Below, one piece after another: positions 50,249 through 63,460 of a stretch of DNA of 64,000 bases; position 1 is the stretch's first letter; each line of letters opens with the position of its first letter. Where the stretch lies: assembly GCF_001194135.2 (NCBI RefSeq), contig NC_068981.1, positions 199,435,774 to 199,499,773 on the forward strand, in the 5' to 3' direction. Source of the DNA: Octopus bimaculoides (taxonomy: Eukaryota). A program made the position numbers and the translations under genes. The notes beneath the pieces were generated by a model, which did not search any database, was not told the origin of the DNA, and saw only the letters and a program-made list of their open reading frames with translations.

Positions 50249-51242
50249 TTCTCTCTCCCTCTCTCTCTTTCTCTATTGCTTAAATTAACTGTGGTCAGTT
50301 TCCATCTCATCATATTTAAAGAAAAAACATAGAGAGTGACAAGTTGATTCTAGTTTGCAGGACTTAACAAAGGTGGGCACTAATTGTAAAAATTAAGAAA
50401 ATATTATTTCTATATGTGATTAATATTTTAATTAAAATCCTTGTTAATATACAGAATAAAACAGACAGTAATAAAATGGAGGGGAAATAAGCTTCACAGT
50501 TTCCAAATAGCAGAACTAACTAAACTGGACAAGTCTAAAATGATTGAAACATGTGTGCAGTTGTCTCCCTTCCTTGCCAAAATCATTATAGATACCATTA
50601 ATCATTAAACTTCTCCCTACCGCTTAAGTGTTATCAGTTAATTAAATATACCATTCCATGTTACTTAATAATGATGGCACAAACTTGAGTCACTGGTGGG
50701 ATGGGGGGGGTCACACATCTCCAGAACTTCACAACTTTTTCATGATTTATCTTTAAAAAACAGTAATACCTGACTGTTGCTGCTACTCCTGCTGCTACTG
50801 TTGCTGTGGTTGTTTCTGCTGCTGCTGCTGCTGTTGTTGTTGTTGAGGTGAATGCACATGAGTTTAAGAAGCTTGCTTCCCAACAAAGTAGCGGTCTTTT
50901 GTCAACTGCTCTGAATCACTTGTTTTCATTAAGTCCTAATGCCTTTTTGCTTCCATTGTCCTCAAGGATGTCGTCACAATGTCCTTCAAAGGTATCAGAT
51001 ACCTGCTCCCAGGATTGTTGGAATCTCAAACCCCTGTATGCTCAAAATGTTGGGTCAAACTACCTTACAGGATAATCAAGCTCCAAGATTTCCTTCAGTT
51101 GAATTTTAATACTGTTTTCCACCTTTATACATTATACTTACGTACATCATACATACATGCATGCATACATACACACATACAAACATCCATCCATTCATCC
51201 ATCCATCCATCCATACATACATACATACATACATACATACAT

Positions 51243-52667
51243 AGCTGAATCACTTCCAGAACCAGAGAAAATTATAACCAAATCATTTCTGGAACTTGAG
51301 AAGAAATTTCAGGTTTGGAAGCAAGATCTAGAATCAAAGGGCCTTAGAGTTAATCTAGCAAAAACCAAATTCCTAGTAAGTAGGAAGGTAGACAAATCAC
51401 AAATCCCTTCAGGCAGATGACCCTACTCAATCTGTAGAAGAGGCGTAGGTAGAAACTCCATAAGGTGGACCTGGTGTAAGCTATGGATGCTGCAATATCA
51501 GAAGCAGGTTAACAGAGAAAATAGGTTTTGTGTGTGGAAAATGCACAGATACGATCAATACTATAAATGTTCAGAAAATAGATTCCATCAAATGCCAATG
51601 GGGAAAACTAGAAGTAGTCGATAGCTTTCATTATCTAGGTGACCAAGTCAACAGTGAAGGTAGAAGCTCTGAGACCATAGCTGCTAGAATAAGAACAGGC
51701 TGGGAAAAAGTTCAGAGAGTTCCTACCTCTGCTGGTAACAAAGGGTGTCTCACTCAGAATGAAAGGTAGACTGTACGACACATGTGTGAGAACAGCTGCT
51801 GAGGAAATGTGTAAGCTGGCAAGAAATAAAGCTAGTATACTCTGCCAGATGTGTAATGTCAGTGTGCATACATGACAGAGTGTAAGTGCCTTGAGAAAAA
51901 AGTTGGACTTAAGAAGCATCAGATGTGGTGTGCAAGGGAGACGACTGTGCTGGTATGGTGTGCAAGGGAGACGACTGCGCTGGGTCATGTGATGTATATG
52001 AATGAGGACAGCTGTATGAAGAAGGGTCACACCCTAACAGTGGAGGGAACATGTGGAAGAGGTAGACCCAGGAAGACCTGGGAGGAGGTGGTGAAGCATG
52101 ACCTTCGAGTGTTGAGCTTCGCAGAGTCGATGACTTCTGACGGAAACCTTTGGAGATATGCTGTGCTTGCGAAGACCCAGCAAGCCAAGTGAGACTGTAA
52201 CCATGACCTATGCCAGTGTAGCATAACCAGCCCATTTTAGAGTACCTTTCAATCATTGGACAATATACTGTGCTTGAGAAGACATGGTGAGTCAAGGGAA
52301 ATCATTGTCGTGGCTGATGCCAGTACTGCCTGACTGGCTCCTATGCCAGTGGCACGTAAAAAGCACCATTCAAGCATGATTGGTGCCAGTCTCACTGGAC
52401 TGGCTCCTGTGCTGGTGGCACATAAAAAGCATCATCTGAGCATGGTCGATGCCAGTGCCGCCTGACTGGACCTCATGCTGGTCGCATGTAAAAAGCACCC
52501 ACTACACTCTCGGAATGATTGGCATTAGGAAGGGCATCCAGCTGTAGAAACCTTGCCAGATCTGATTGGAGCCTGGTGCAGCCTTCTGGCTCACCAGTCC
52601 TCAGTCAAACCGTCCCACCCATACCAGCATGGAAAGCAGATGTTAAACGATGGTGATGATGATGAGG
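51243..52667 (+). mobile_element. RTE LINE 3' portion (ORF2 C-terminal region with Cys cluster, stop at 52192; 3' UTR with three modules, conserved domain, tail)
   Basis: GLRVNLAKTK, LEVVDSFHYLGD, RIRTGWEK, GRGRPRKTWEEVVKHDL; frameshifted. Confidence 0.92.
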
Positions 52668-53799
52668 AGGAGGAGGAGGGGTATTTAGGGTGTATTTATT
52701 AGTTTAAGAAGTACTGGTATAAGACACAAGTCAGAATATGTGTGTGTATGTGTGCATGCATATGAGAAGTGTGTGAGTGTATAGAGATATGTATATGTGT
52801 GTGTGTGTATATGAGTGTATGTGTGTGCTAGTAAGATGAGCATATCCCTGTGTATGTGTGTGAGTGAGAGTATGTCCCTCTGTGTGTGTATGTGTGTGAG
52901 AGAGAGAGAGAGAAGATGTGTACATAACCACAATCCCATCCAACATGTTGAGGCAGGCCTCTACTGTAAGTATCGTTCAGTTTATATTTATATTGTCAAA
53001 TAGCAAAACATTGTTTTATGCAGTGAAGCTATAAAATTAATGAAAATAATGTTTTATCAGTCATAAAAAAAGAAAAAACACCCAGAAATCACTTTTAAAT
53101 AAAAACTTTTCTGGTTAAAGGATAGTAATATAACAAATTCTATGGCGTTGGAAGATAATTAATGATGCAGAACAAGAAAAAAAAATGTTTACTTAATATT
53201 TCAAATTTAATAATTTCTAAAATGAAATGTGAAAAAAAAACCTTAAACAAGACTTAGGCGGCCACTCTGAATTTAATGAAAGAAGAAGAGACGAATGGTC
53301 GGGGATGCGTGAATGAAGAATGCAGAAGAGCAGCCGACACTGAGAAACAGAAGCCTTTGTAGCAGCAATAGAAAAGGTGGAGTGAGAGGTGATTGTGTGT
53401 CTGCAAGGGGGCCAGCATGTCTGCAAGGGATCTTATGCCATTTTAAGTGAAGTGGTCATTCTTTGGAGGCTGTCAAGTATGCCCAAAATGAATACAATGT
53501 TAGCAGTGTGATAATTTGAAATGGATTGAGATTTCATTATAAATTTATTAATTTATTAAGATATTTTCTTCCTATTTGATTATGGCTGTGACCATAGAAT
53601 GTTTGGAATTTATTTCTTAATAATTTCTCTCAGACTTCATTTGACCTCCTTCTTTCTTTCCTTTAATTAACATTCATGACATGACTTGTCTCCAATATTT
53701 ATTCCCTGAACACTCTCACAGATATTATCTCATGCAAATATAAATACGCAACTTTCAACAATAATGAAAAACAAAGCATTTTTATAAATATTAACAATT

Positions 53800-54270
53800 C
53801 TTGATGATGATAATGATGATGATGGTGGTGGTGGTGGTNNNNNNNNNNTTGTTGTTGGTGGTGGTGGTGGTGGTGGTGATATAGGATGAAAATTCTCCAC
53901 TTCCTCCACTTCTGCCTCCTTTTGATAATCACCATCATCATCATCATTGCTGTCATCTTTGTCATCCAGTCTCTTCTCATGATCAAGATCCCCTCTTCCT
54001 CTTTCTCTTCATCATTGACATGATCATCATCATCAGCGCTATCTTCATCTTATTATCTGTCATTGTTGTCGTCATCATCTTCCTTTTCCCCTTCCTCCTC
54101 TTCCTCCTCCTCCTCCTCATCATCATCATCATCACTGTCATCATCAATGTCAAGATTATCATTATGTGAAATGACTTTCCTCATTTCAAGCATGCTAACT
54201 CCCAGACTTCCAGGCTCTCATAGCGGCGGCAGCAGCGGCAGCAGCAGCGGCAGCAGCAGCGGCAGCAGTT
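53800..54270. repeat. Degenerate (GAT/GAG/CAC/GCT) trinucleotide low-complexity tract
   Basis: Direct reading; includes a 10-N gap at 53839-53848. Confidence 0.75.
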
Positions 54271-54424
54271 AGAACGGCCCCTTTGACCAAGCTTCTATGT
54301 CCTCAACAGAACCGGGCAGGACTTTCAATCTTTACTCATTTTATTCCAGCAAGTTGGCCGAAGGGAAACTCCCTTTTCTCGTCTGATTAATTTCGCAGCC
54401 AAAAACTGAACGAAACAAAATTAG

Positions 54425-54619
54425 GATTAAAGCTTTTATTTTTTATTGATTCCAGTCATTAGAATGTGGTCATGCTGGGGCACCACCCTGAATTTTTAGC
54501 CGAATGAATTGACCCCAGTGCTTAGTCTATCAGTCTTTTTTGCCAAACTGCTAAGTTACGGGGACATAAACATACCAACACTGGTTGTCAAGCAGTGATG
54601 GTGGGGTGGGGGTGGACAA
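54425..54619 (-). mobile_element. 3' half of composite CORE-type SINE
   Basis: Same family as 2262-2436. Confidence 0.78.
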
Positions 54620-55356
54620 NNNNNNNNNNNNNNNNNNNNNNNNNNNNNNNNNNNNNNNNNNNNNNNNNNNNNNNNNNNNNNNNNNNNNNNNNNNNNNNNN
54701 NNNNNNNNNNNNNNNNNNNNNNNNNNNNNNNNNNNNNNNNNNNNNNNNNNNNNNNNNNNNNNNNNNNNNNNNNNNNNNNNNNNNNNNNNNNNNNNNNNNN
54801 NNNNNNNNNNNNNNNNNNNNNNNNNNNNNNNNNNNNNNNNNNNNNNNNNNNNNNNNNNNNNNNNNNNNNNNNNNNNNNNNNNNNNNNNNNNNNNNNNNNN
54901 NNNNNNNNNNNNNNNNNNNNNNNNNNNNNNNNNNNNNNNNNNNNNNNNNNNNNNNNNNNNNNNNNNNNNNNNNNNNNNNNNNNNNNNNNNNNNNNNNNNN
55001 NNNNNNNNNNNNNNNNNNNNNNNNNNNNNNNNNNNNNNNNNNNNNNNNNNNNNNNNNNNNNNNNNNNNNNNNNNNNNNNNNNNNNNNNNNNNNNNNNNNN
55101 NNNNNNNNNNNNNNNNNNNNNNNNNNNNNNNNNNNNNNNNNNNNNNNNNNNNNNNNNNNNNNNNNNNNNNNNNNNNNNNNNNNNNNNNNNNNNNNNNNNN
55201 NNNNNNNNNNNNNNNNNNNNNNNNNNNNNNNNNNNNNNNNNNNNNNNNNNNNNNNNNNNNNNNNNNNNNNNNNNNNNNNNNNNNNNNNNNNNNNNNNNNN
55301 NNNNNNNNNNNNNNNNNNNNNNNNNNNNNNNNNNNNNNNNNNNNNNNNNNNNNNNN
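54620..55356. other. Assembly gap (N run)
   Basis: Run of N. Confidence 1.
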
Positions 55357-55418
<62 letters not shown>

Positions 55419-55451
55419 GTGCGTGCGTGCGTGTGTGTGTTTGTGCTCACA

Positions 55452-56615
55452 TGTAGTATTGGCTATATAGGGTTCATAGAGAGTCAAGGCATATCACCTT
55501 ACAGCACACCACCAACTGGTTAGACAGAATCAAGCTGAGCAGACAGCGAAATGATATCAGTTTTAAAGCAACGATGGAGACCAGTCACTGATGTTGTGCA
55601 ATTTGTGATTCCAATTGTTTATCAGTAATTCAACGAAAATAGAATATGTAGCGTAGACTCTCTATATATGTGCATTCGAACCTAGCAGGGACCAACTGGC
55701 CTTTCGCCACTGTATCCTGTTGTGTCTACTACTCCGATTGGTTAGTATTGGTGCAATTTGTCTCCTTCTCTGTTGTGCCGACTGACCGTGGATAGCCAGT
55801 CAGAGACTGTAGATAGCATCACATGAACAACCTTTTTCGAACCCTATTTCAAGCCTACCACTTTCTATAAAAACCCAGCTTTTTCCTCAATACATGTCTT
55901 TGGTTCAAGACCTTTTAAAGTCTGACCACTGGCCACACAAAACACAGCCAGTTCCAGCAGCAATACCACAGCAGCCACGTTGAGACTTACCAACTTCGTC
56001 CAACAATATTCCAGCAACCTCCGTCTTCGTCGCTACCATCTTCTTAACGTCGTCAGCATCATCTCTCTACGTACACAGCTCAGCAAGCAACTCGCCCAGG
56101 TTCCAACTCTTCTCTGTTTGTGAGTTACTTCACCATGGATCAACAACAAAAATATGACCTGCAAGAACTCCTGTGCCAAGTGGCCCAGGCAGCAGCAGCA
56201 GCATCACAGCCACAACTTCACGTACGACATGTACCTGTATCGAGCTCAGCATCATGGCTGCCACTTCTTGATACAGTATTTCAACGACCAATGTACTAAT
56301 GACTATGAACTGGTATTATTCATCTGTCTACTTCTTCACTGCCATCCTTATATGTTCTTAACACACACATTCAGCTATGCTTACACACACATATACATTT
56401 TGTTCTCATGACGACTTGTCTATTATTACTGTATACATGACACACACACAAACACACATGTTATTACATCAATAAATCTTCTCCTACCATTCTACGCAGT
56501 TGTGTCTCTTTTTTCCTCTGGCACTTATATGTATTATTCAATTAATATTTATTGTATCGACCGTGTGATGTACTAAAGAATCATTCTCGTCACCTCACAT
56601 CGCGCGGTCTTTACA
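55452..56615 (+). mobile_element. Probable solo LTR (~1.16 kb)
   Basis: TGTA...TACA ends, TATAAAA at 55866, AATAAA at ~56471, CpG-rich; no TSD found. Confidence 0.55.
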
Positions 56616-57448
56616 AATGTTTGCTGTAGCATGAAACAATAATAATAACAAACAAACCATTTATTCATTTCTTACTATGTATATATCTATATACATACAT
56701 ACTCTTTTTTCTTTCTTCATTTAGCGTCTGTTTTCCATGCTGGCATGAGTTGGTCGGTTTGACAAGAGTTGTTACACAAATATATATATATATATATATA
56801 TACATATATGGGTACAGAACGTCACCAACGGTGCAAATGACATAAAATACCTAAACAACGAGAAAAAATGAAATACAGAACAAGTAAACACAGAGAAAGG
56901 ACCCTTCATCAGTTGCTGGCTGTCTATCTACTCCTCATTTCGAGCATTCAATGACGATATGAGTCTTCAAAGGCAGTTGCTCCCATAAATTCTAAAATAG
57001 AATTTAGGATTTATGGAGGGTTAACGTTGGGAACAAAAACATGACAGTGGAGACATACAAGGAAACCGAACGAAAATAGGCATAGAGGGTCGTTAGACCA
57101 GAACGAAAGGAAAATAGTGAACACTGGGAAAAAGAATTTTTTTGAAAGAGATAGAAGAGAGAGAGAGAAAAAATCGTGTCTGTTCTTTTGAACGTCGATG
57201 TTGGAAAAGAAATATAGTCACGTGAGAAAAAGATGGACGATGGTCACGTGTGAGCAACAAGAGAGAGAGAGAAAAAAAAGAGAAAGGGGAGAAGAGAGAG
57301 ATAGAAAAGGGTGAAGGAGGGAGGGAGAAAAAGGAAATAGAGAAGGATGGGGGAAGGAAACAGTATAGAGTAGAGAGTTGCGTCAAAAGAGTGAAGATAA
57401 ACTTGCAAATGGATGTGTCACGTTTAATTAAACAATAAATCATAAATG

Positions 57449-57517
<69 letters not shown>

Positions 57518-57537
57518 GTATGTATATATGTATATAT

Positions 57538-57840
57538 TCGAGATCAGTGACTTTTCGTCACTAGAAAGAGCATATATATATTTGCATTGGGAACCACTTC
57601 ACATCGACAACCGGTGGTTGTCACACGCTGATGACGGGTCAATACCCAGAAACTCGGGTCCATGTGTATCACGTCAGGTTGGAGATGGGAAGGATGGCTT
57701 GCCTTTGCAAATACTGATAGGGCACAGAAAGTGTGTCAATAGCCAGCTGGAGGAGATGTTCTCCTGGGGCTACAAGCGACAGTAGCATCAATCCTTAAGG
57801 GTTAGCCACATTTAAGTGGCAAATATACTTCACGATGTCG
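57538..57840 (+). mobile_element. ~300-nt hairpin-rich, hammerhead-containing retrozyme/PLE-like unit between microsatellites
   Basis: At least four short perfect hairpins plus a hammerhead core. Confidence 0.55.
57622..57666 (+). ncRNA. Type-I hammerhead ribozyme motif (GUC site)
   Basis: CACACG-CUGAUGA-C-GGGU(CAAU)ACCC-A-GAAAC-UCGG-GUC-CAUGUG. Confidence 0.72.
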
Positions 57841-57889
57841 TATATATACATACATACATATACATACATGCATACATACATATATATAT

Positions 57890-57925
<36 letters not shown>

Positions 57926-59317
57926 AGAGAAAAGCATAACTATCGAGAAAGTATAAAGATATATAGGGAATGAAGTAGGGAGTTTGAGGGACATAAGCCT
58001 CTTCCAGAAAAAATAGATTGAGATGAAAATGTTAAAGCTTTATATATATATATATCAGTATACGTAAAATATTTTCTAATATTTAAAAACTATCTTTTTG
58101 ATATCTTTTTAACATCACTCTTTATCTGTAAGAAGGATGATGCCTTTTAAGATGTTTAACATATCTTTATACATCAGTATAGTTTTTCTACCCATATATG
58201 TTTATTATATTTTTATATATTTATGTATCTGTAAATTTTTTATATTTTTCAATATTTTGATGAGTGATTCATTAAATGTATTTTATGGCTGAGTATATGT
58301 TGCATTATTATTGTAAATTGTTGAACCTACTTGAATTTTCCTTTTAAATATAATATATATATCTAACGTCTCAGGTTATCTACTTCAGCACTTCATAACA
58401 CTGTCTATATAATAAACAAAGATATAATTATATCAGTATATACCTTTTATAGATAATATACATATATTACTCCGCAACTGGCTTCGAAATAGAATGTAAA
58501 AAACAGACCTTCCTCTAGAATAAGCATGTGCATGAACTTCAAAGTAGGAAACCTCATATATTGCCCAATCTACTCCAATCGTAAAGAAAATAACATCAGC
58601 CAGCCCAGAAACTGCTCGTTTGAAAGGGTAAGGATGCATAAGCAACAAGTAAATCATCATCCCCAACTAAGTAGAATCCCTTCGAAGAGAAAATTTACAA
58701 ATTTATGAGAACAATAAATTCAAAATTTTTTTTTTTCCTACCAATACTGAAGAGACAGTTCAATATGTCGTTTGGAAATAGAGACATTTTGTAAAAAGAT
58801 TTTTGGCATAACTAAATAACTGCTTAAAGAAAAATGATATGATCAAATTAAAAGAAATTTGTTTTGAAAATTCCCTACGGATAAGATGAAAGTGTTAAGT
58901 TTAAGTATTTATTTTTTTAATTTTCTCTATTCGAGAAAAAGAGGTTTCATTTTATTTTTTCCCTAACTGATCACGTTTTTCTTTCTTTTTTACTACCCTT
59001 TTATTAATTCTAAACAAGACAGAGAACTTAAGATCTTATATGTCCATGTACCTAAATGTATCCTCTATGTATGTATGGATATAAATACATCTGTGTGTCT
59101 GTGTGTTTGCCTGTAAGCATGTAGATATTTATATATCACGGGTCAATATTCACACGCACCATCGCATACAGAATCACACATCCATGCAGACACACACATC
59201 TTTGCTCGCGCAGATAGGTTTTCACAGTAGGACAAAAAAACATTTCACTAAGCTCACTTCAAAATTCTTTAACTTAAAATTTTGACTTGTTACAAATTAT
59301 CACTTGTCACCTGACCA

Positions 59318-59450
59318 TCGTCGTCGTCATCATTATCACCATCATCATCATCGTCATCGTCATCATTATCACCATCATCATCGTCATCATCGTCATCATC
59401 ATCATTATCATCATCATCTCTACCACCACCACCACCACCACCACCAACAT
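59318..59450. repeat. (CAT/CGT)n-(CAC)n microsatellite
   Basis: Direct reading. Confidence 0.9.
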
Positions 59451-60647
59451 CGTTTTAAAAAGATCTAACCATTTCATTTCTACACGAATATACCTGGACT
59501 GTATTGAATAATGATTACAAACCTTCATTGAAATAATAAAAATTTGGTGATCCCGTGAAAGGGTTAGGAATTCGTGTTTTAATATGACATCCTTTGACAT
59601 GTACAAAGAAAAATGGGAAAAACAACTGATCAAGCAATATTAAAGATTAATAAATCGTTTGGTAGAATAATACTAATCGTTGTTCCTTTCACGTAAGAAT
59701 GATTGATTGATTAACTTACTACAAAGCCTCTACAACATTGTTTCTTTTTCATACTTAACTAAAAAGCATAGCCATACTTTTCAAGCCTGTTGCAAGCTTT
59801 AATTTTAAGATAACAGATTTAAGCTTATAGTTGAATGTTCACCCTAGGGACATACTAATTATAGCCTTGATATAATATTAATAACGCAACTTTGTATTTC
59901 AACATGTTTTCCTGTTAGTTTTCTTTCTTGTTTCTCTCCTTCCTTCAACTAATCGCTTACTAGATCGCTTTCAAAAGCTGTTTACATTAAGCTGGAGAAC
60001 TAACAGATCCCAGATATCGCAAGCTGCTAGCTAAAGCTATCACCACCAACGTAACAAACATATCGATTAATCGATAACGTAAGCAACAACTGCAAAATCG
60101 AATTGCAATGATTAAGTTCACAATTATTATTAATATTTCAGTAGTTTTGTTTTTGTTGCTTGTCTTTCATTGCGCAACAGAGCGCAGCTCTGTGTGCCTT
60201 GGATACGTGCAGTGTTTCGTTTTTGTTTTGTCTTGCACTGGAACTACTGTGTATAATATTTGTGTAGTAACTTTTAGCAATATTTTCTGAATATTGTGTA
60301 TATCTGTAAGTCCTTGCTGTTTGGTTATGCATTTGTCTGTCACTCTCCAAGCACTATTATAGACAGTCTTTTGTGCCGTTCCACATCCTGGTACTTTCCT
60401 GGGCGTTATAGTTGGATAGTTTCTCCATTTCTTTTAGCGATATCGATTGTTGGAAGTGATATTTCTATAATAATCACTTCTTTTCTTGGTGCTTTATTAC
60501 AATAATATCCAATCGATTATCCCTGATCTCCTTGTCCTTGAGGTTTGTAATTTTTCTTGATATCGTCTCCATGTGACACACTTGTCGCCCAATTTTAACT
60601 CAGACTTGCCTTTCACAATATCTGTCCTTTCTCTTTCATTTCACTTT

Positions 60648-60730
60648 TTGTTATTTGATCCTTTGTTTTATATTTGTTATTTGATCCTTTGTTTTATATT
60701 TGTTATTTGATCCTTTGTTTTATATTTGTT
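60648..60730. repeat. 26-bp tandem repeat x3 (TTGTTATTTGATCCTTTGTTTTATAT)
   Basis: Three identical units. Confidence 0.95.
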
Positions 60731-61000
60731 GGTTTCCTTCAAAGCAAAAACATTTTTCCCGTTCGTGGTTTGCCTATTATTTTCACTGTTTGTAGTTTGT
60801 TCTATGTTAACTATATATATCCAATATGTACATAATATTCTTTCATTGCTATTTCCTTCAAGTATTCCTATTCTAATCTGTTTGCGTCATCGATTATTGT
60901 CTGTCATGATCTAATTCTCTTATCGCTTTCGGTTTTTTTTGTCCAGTATGACATTATCCTCTCTTCAAGGTTGCCTGGGCGGAATTTTCTACCTTGGATC

Positions 61001-61093
<93 letters not shown>

Positions 61094-61748
61094 TGTGCAT
61101 ATATGTGGTGTGTTCTTCGGAAAACAACTTAGTTTCTTGCAGTTAATGATATATCGATATCTTCAGTGTTATTACAGTTAAGACTTTGTAAGCTGTAGGC
61201 AGCTTATTAATCCATAGCTGATGGGCAGAATGCTGTTTTTTCTTTTTTTTCTTTTGGAATTGGTGAATAGGTGAATTTTCCTCTTCTTAGGCCACTTAGA
61301 TGTTTTTTTTATATATTCTTTCATTAAGTCATTAAATATTTCTGCCGACCTTTCATGTGTTCCCTTTAAATAGGTCTACTTGATGTCTTGAATGTTATAA
61401 TCTCTTCTTATCTACCGGTTATCTGTCTTCTGTAGTGCTGGATCACTTCTTGGGTTGAAATGGCCTTTCTATGACGTTTAAGGTCGTACATCAGTTATTT
61501 TCACCATTTTCTTGGTAACTATCTTTACTCTGTCTATATTCCTCCCTTAATTCTTTTAATTCTTCGACTGTTTGGGAGACGTTGATTTCTTTCTTATTTT
61601 CACCCAATTCCTGATAAAAATGTTTTAGCTTCAAGTCGAAATGTTTATTCTGTTCAAAAACCGTGGCTGTTTTTCATAATGAGGGACTCTTTGCGATTTA
61701 GACAGGATTTCTTGTTTCATACTTATTTTCCTTTTTTTTTTCAGATGC

Positions 61749-61793
<45 letters not shown>

Positions 61794-63460
61794 TTATGTT
61801 GTATTTCTATTGTATTTGTCACTTTTCCATATCGTCTTTTCGTTATCGATTTCAATATGGATTAAAATATCTTTTCTCCTAATTTCTGTTTTCTTTTGTG
61901 TTTGTCTTTCATGTTTGCTCACCTTTTGATATTTTATTATGAGTTGATCTTAGGATGTATGGTAAATAATTTATAAACTGAAAATGCGATGTAACATACA
62001 GAGCTACGTAAATAATTTGACTGTAATCGCATCGTCTGGAAATAAATTTTATTAGAAATGTTTCCGATCCACTAATGTCGCTTATAACATAGAATAATAT
62101 TCAATAAATACAACAAATACATCGATCGTTCAGTATCCAGGAACATATATTACTCTTCTGACTTTTACACTACGGTACAAAATTAGGGAGATAGATTGCT
62201 TCCAGAAATATCTTCTTAACAATGTCACCGATCAACTGAGAAGAACATTTAATGCAATAAAGTTATTTTGCCATAAAATGCTAACAATGTCACACAGGCC
62301 AATGGTTTTTTGACAAAGAACTTAGGAATAGTTATGTAGTTCAGGAGTTGATTTCGAAGTGCTTGATTTGGGGTTTAATCCAATTATACAGCAACTAGCA
62401 TAAGTGCGTGCTGCCATATTTTAGAGTGGTTCAAACCTTGTAAATAAATGAGGTTGAACGAAAATGTGTTAATGCCTGTCTAATAGATTGTACTTATAGA
62501 TTGGGTAATAGACTTAATCTGTCGTTTTCTTTAACATCTCTACAAGGTCCTTAAGTGGAACCAACTCCAACGCTGACCAAATTTAAACTGACAAAAGTGG
62601 AGGACAACCTTTATGTCTAAGAATTGAATTCTTCAATTTAAAACGTGCCTTAATATTTCTACCAAAAATCCGGATGCCCCACAATAAACCAAATATGTTG
62701 CTTTTTACCATGGTACAGATAAGTTTTTTTGAACAGGAAAGTAAAATATTTGGGAAAATCTACATATTACTGGTACTAGGTAATTTTTTTTTTTTACATG
62801 AATTAGTCAGAGAAGGAAGGCTCGTGTTCCTTGCTCTTTTCAGGACATCTGAGATCGGAGATGGATGCTTCAAAGTGGACTCCACTAAAGATACTCAAGG
62901 GTGACATGGATGTTAAATCGGATGGCAAATTAAAATTTACAAATGATTCCCTAAGAAAAGAGACAAAGTTAATTCAGGAGAAAACATGGAACATGGAACT
63001 TTAAAATATCGAGGCCAAGTCTTTGCTAATTCACCCGGTGGCTCCTTCACTTTCTGCTGTAGGTAGAATAAAAACGGTTTTATTAACACAATATTCATTC
63101 AATTATGATACATTTAAGGTGATGTCATTTTGTACAACTTCGGTTTTGAACGAGTAGGCTATTAAACAAAGGCAATCCAACCATAACCATTCTGTCTTTA
63201 TTCTGAGAATAGTGTACCTTGAACTACCTTATTCAAATTGTGGTTGGAGGGAGATTTTTTTGTACAGACACTTAAAGATTCGATTGTTGGCACATCGTAA
63301 TTAATATTTACTAATAAGACATAACAAAAGGAAGCAGGTTTGTAACTAAACAAGGATTTCAACAATTGAATAAGATCTTATTGTGGATATTATGGTTATT
63401 AAGGGTGTCAAATAACTTTTGATGAATAACAACACTAATATTTATATAAGTTTTATGACT

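Noticed and set aside
56895-56960. Minus-strand GAAA...CTGATGA suggesting a type-II hammerhead
   Set aside because: Stem I has no complementarity and stem III is weak; probably a PLE-end relic.
61115-61180. Minus-strand CTGAAGA...GAAAC-TAA-GTT
   Set aside because: Stem I and the stem II closing pair do not form; consistent with chance.
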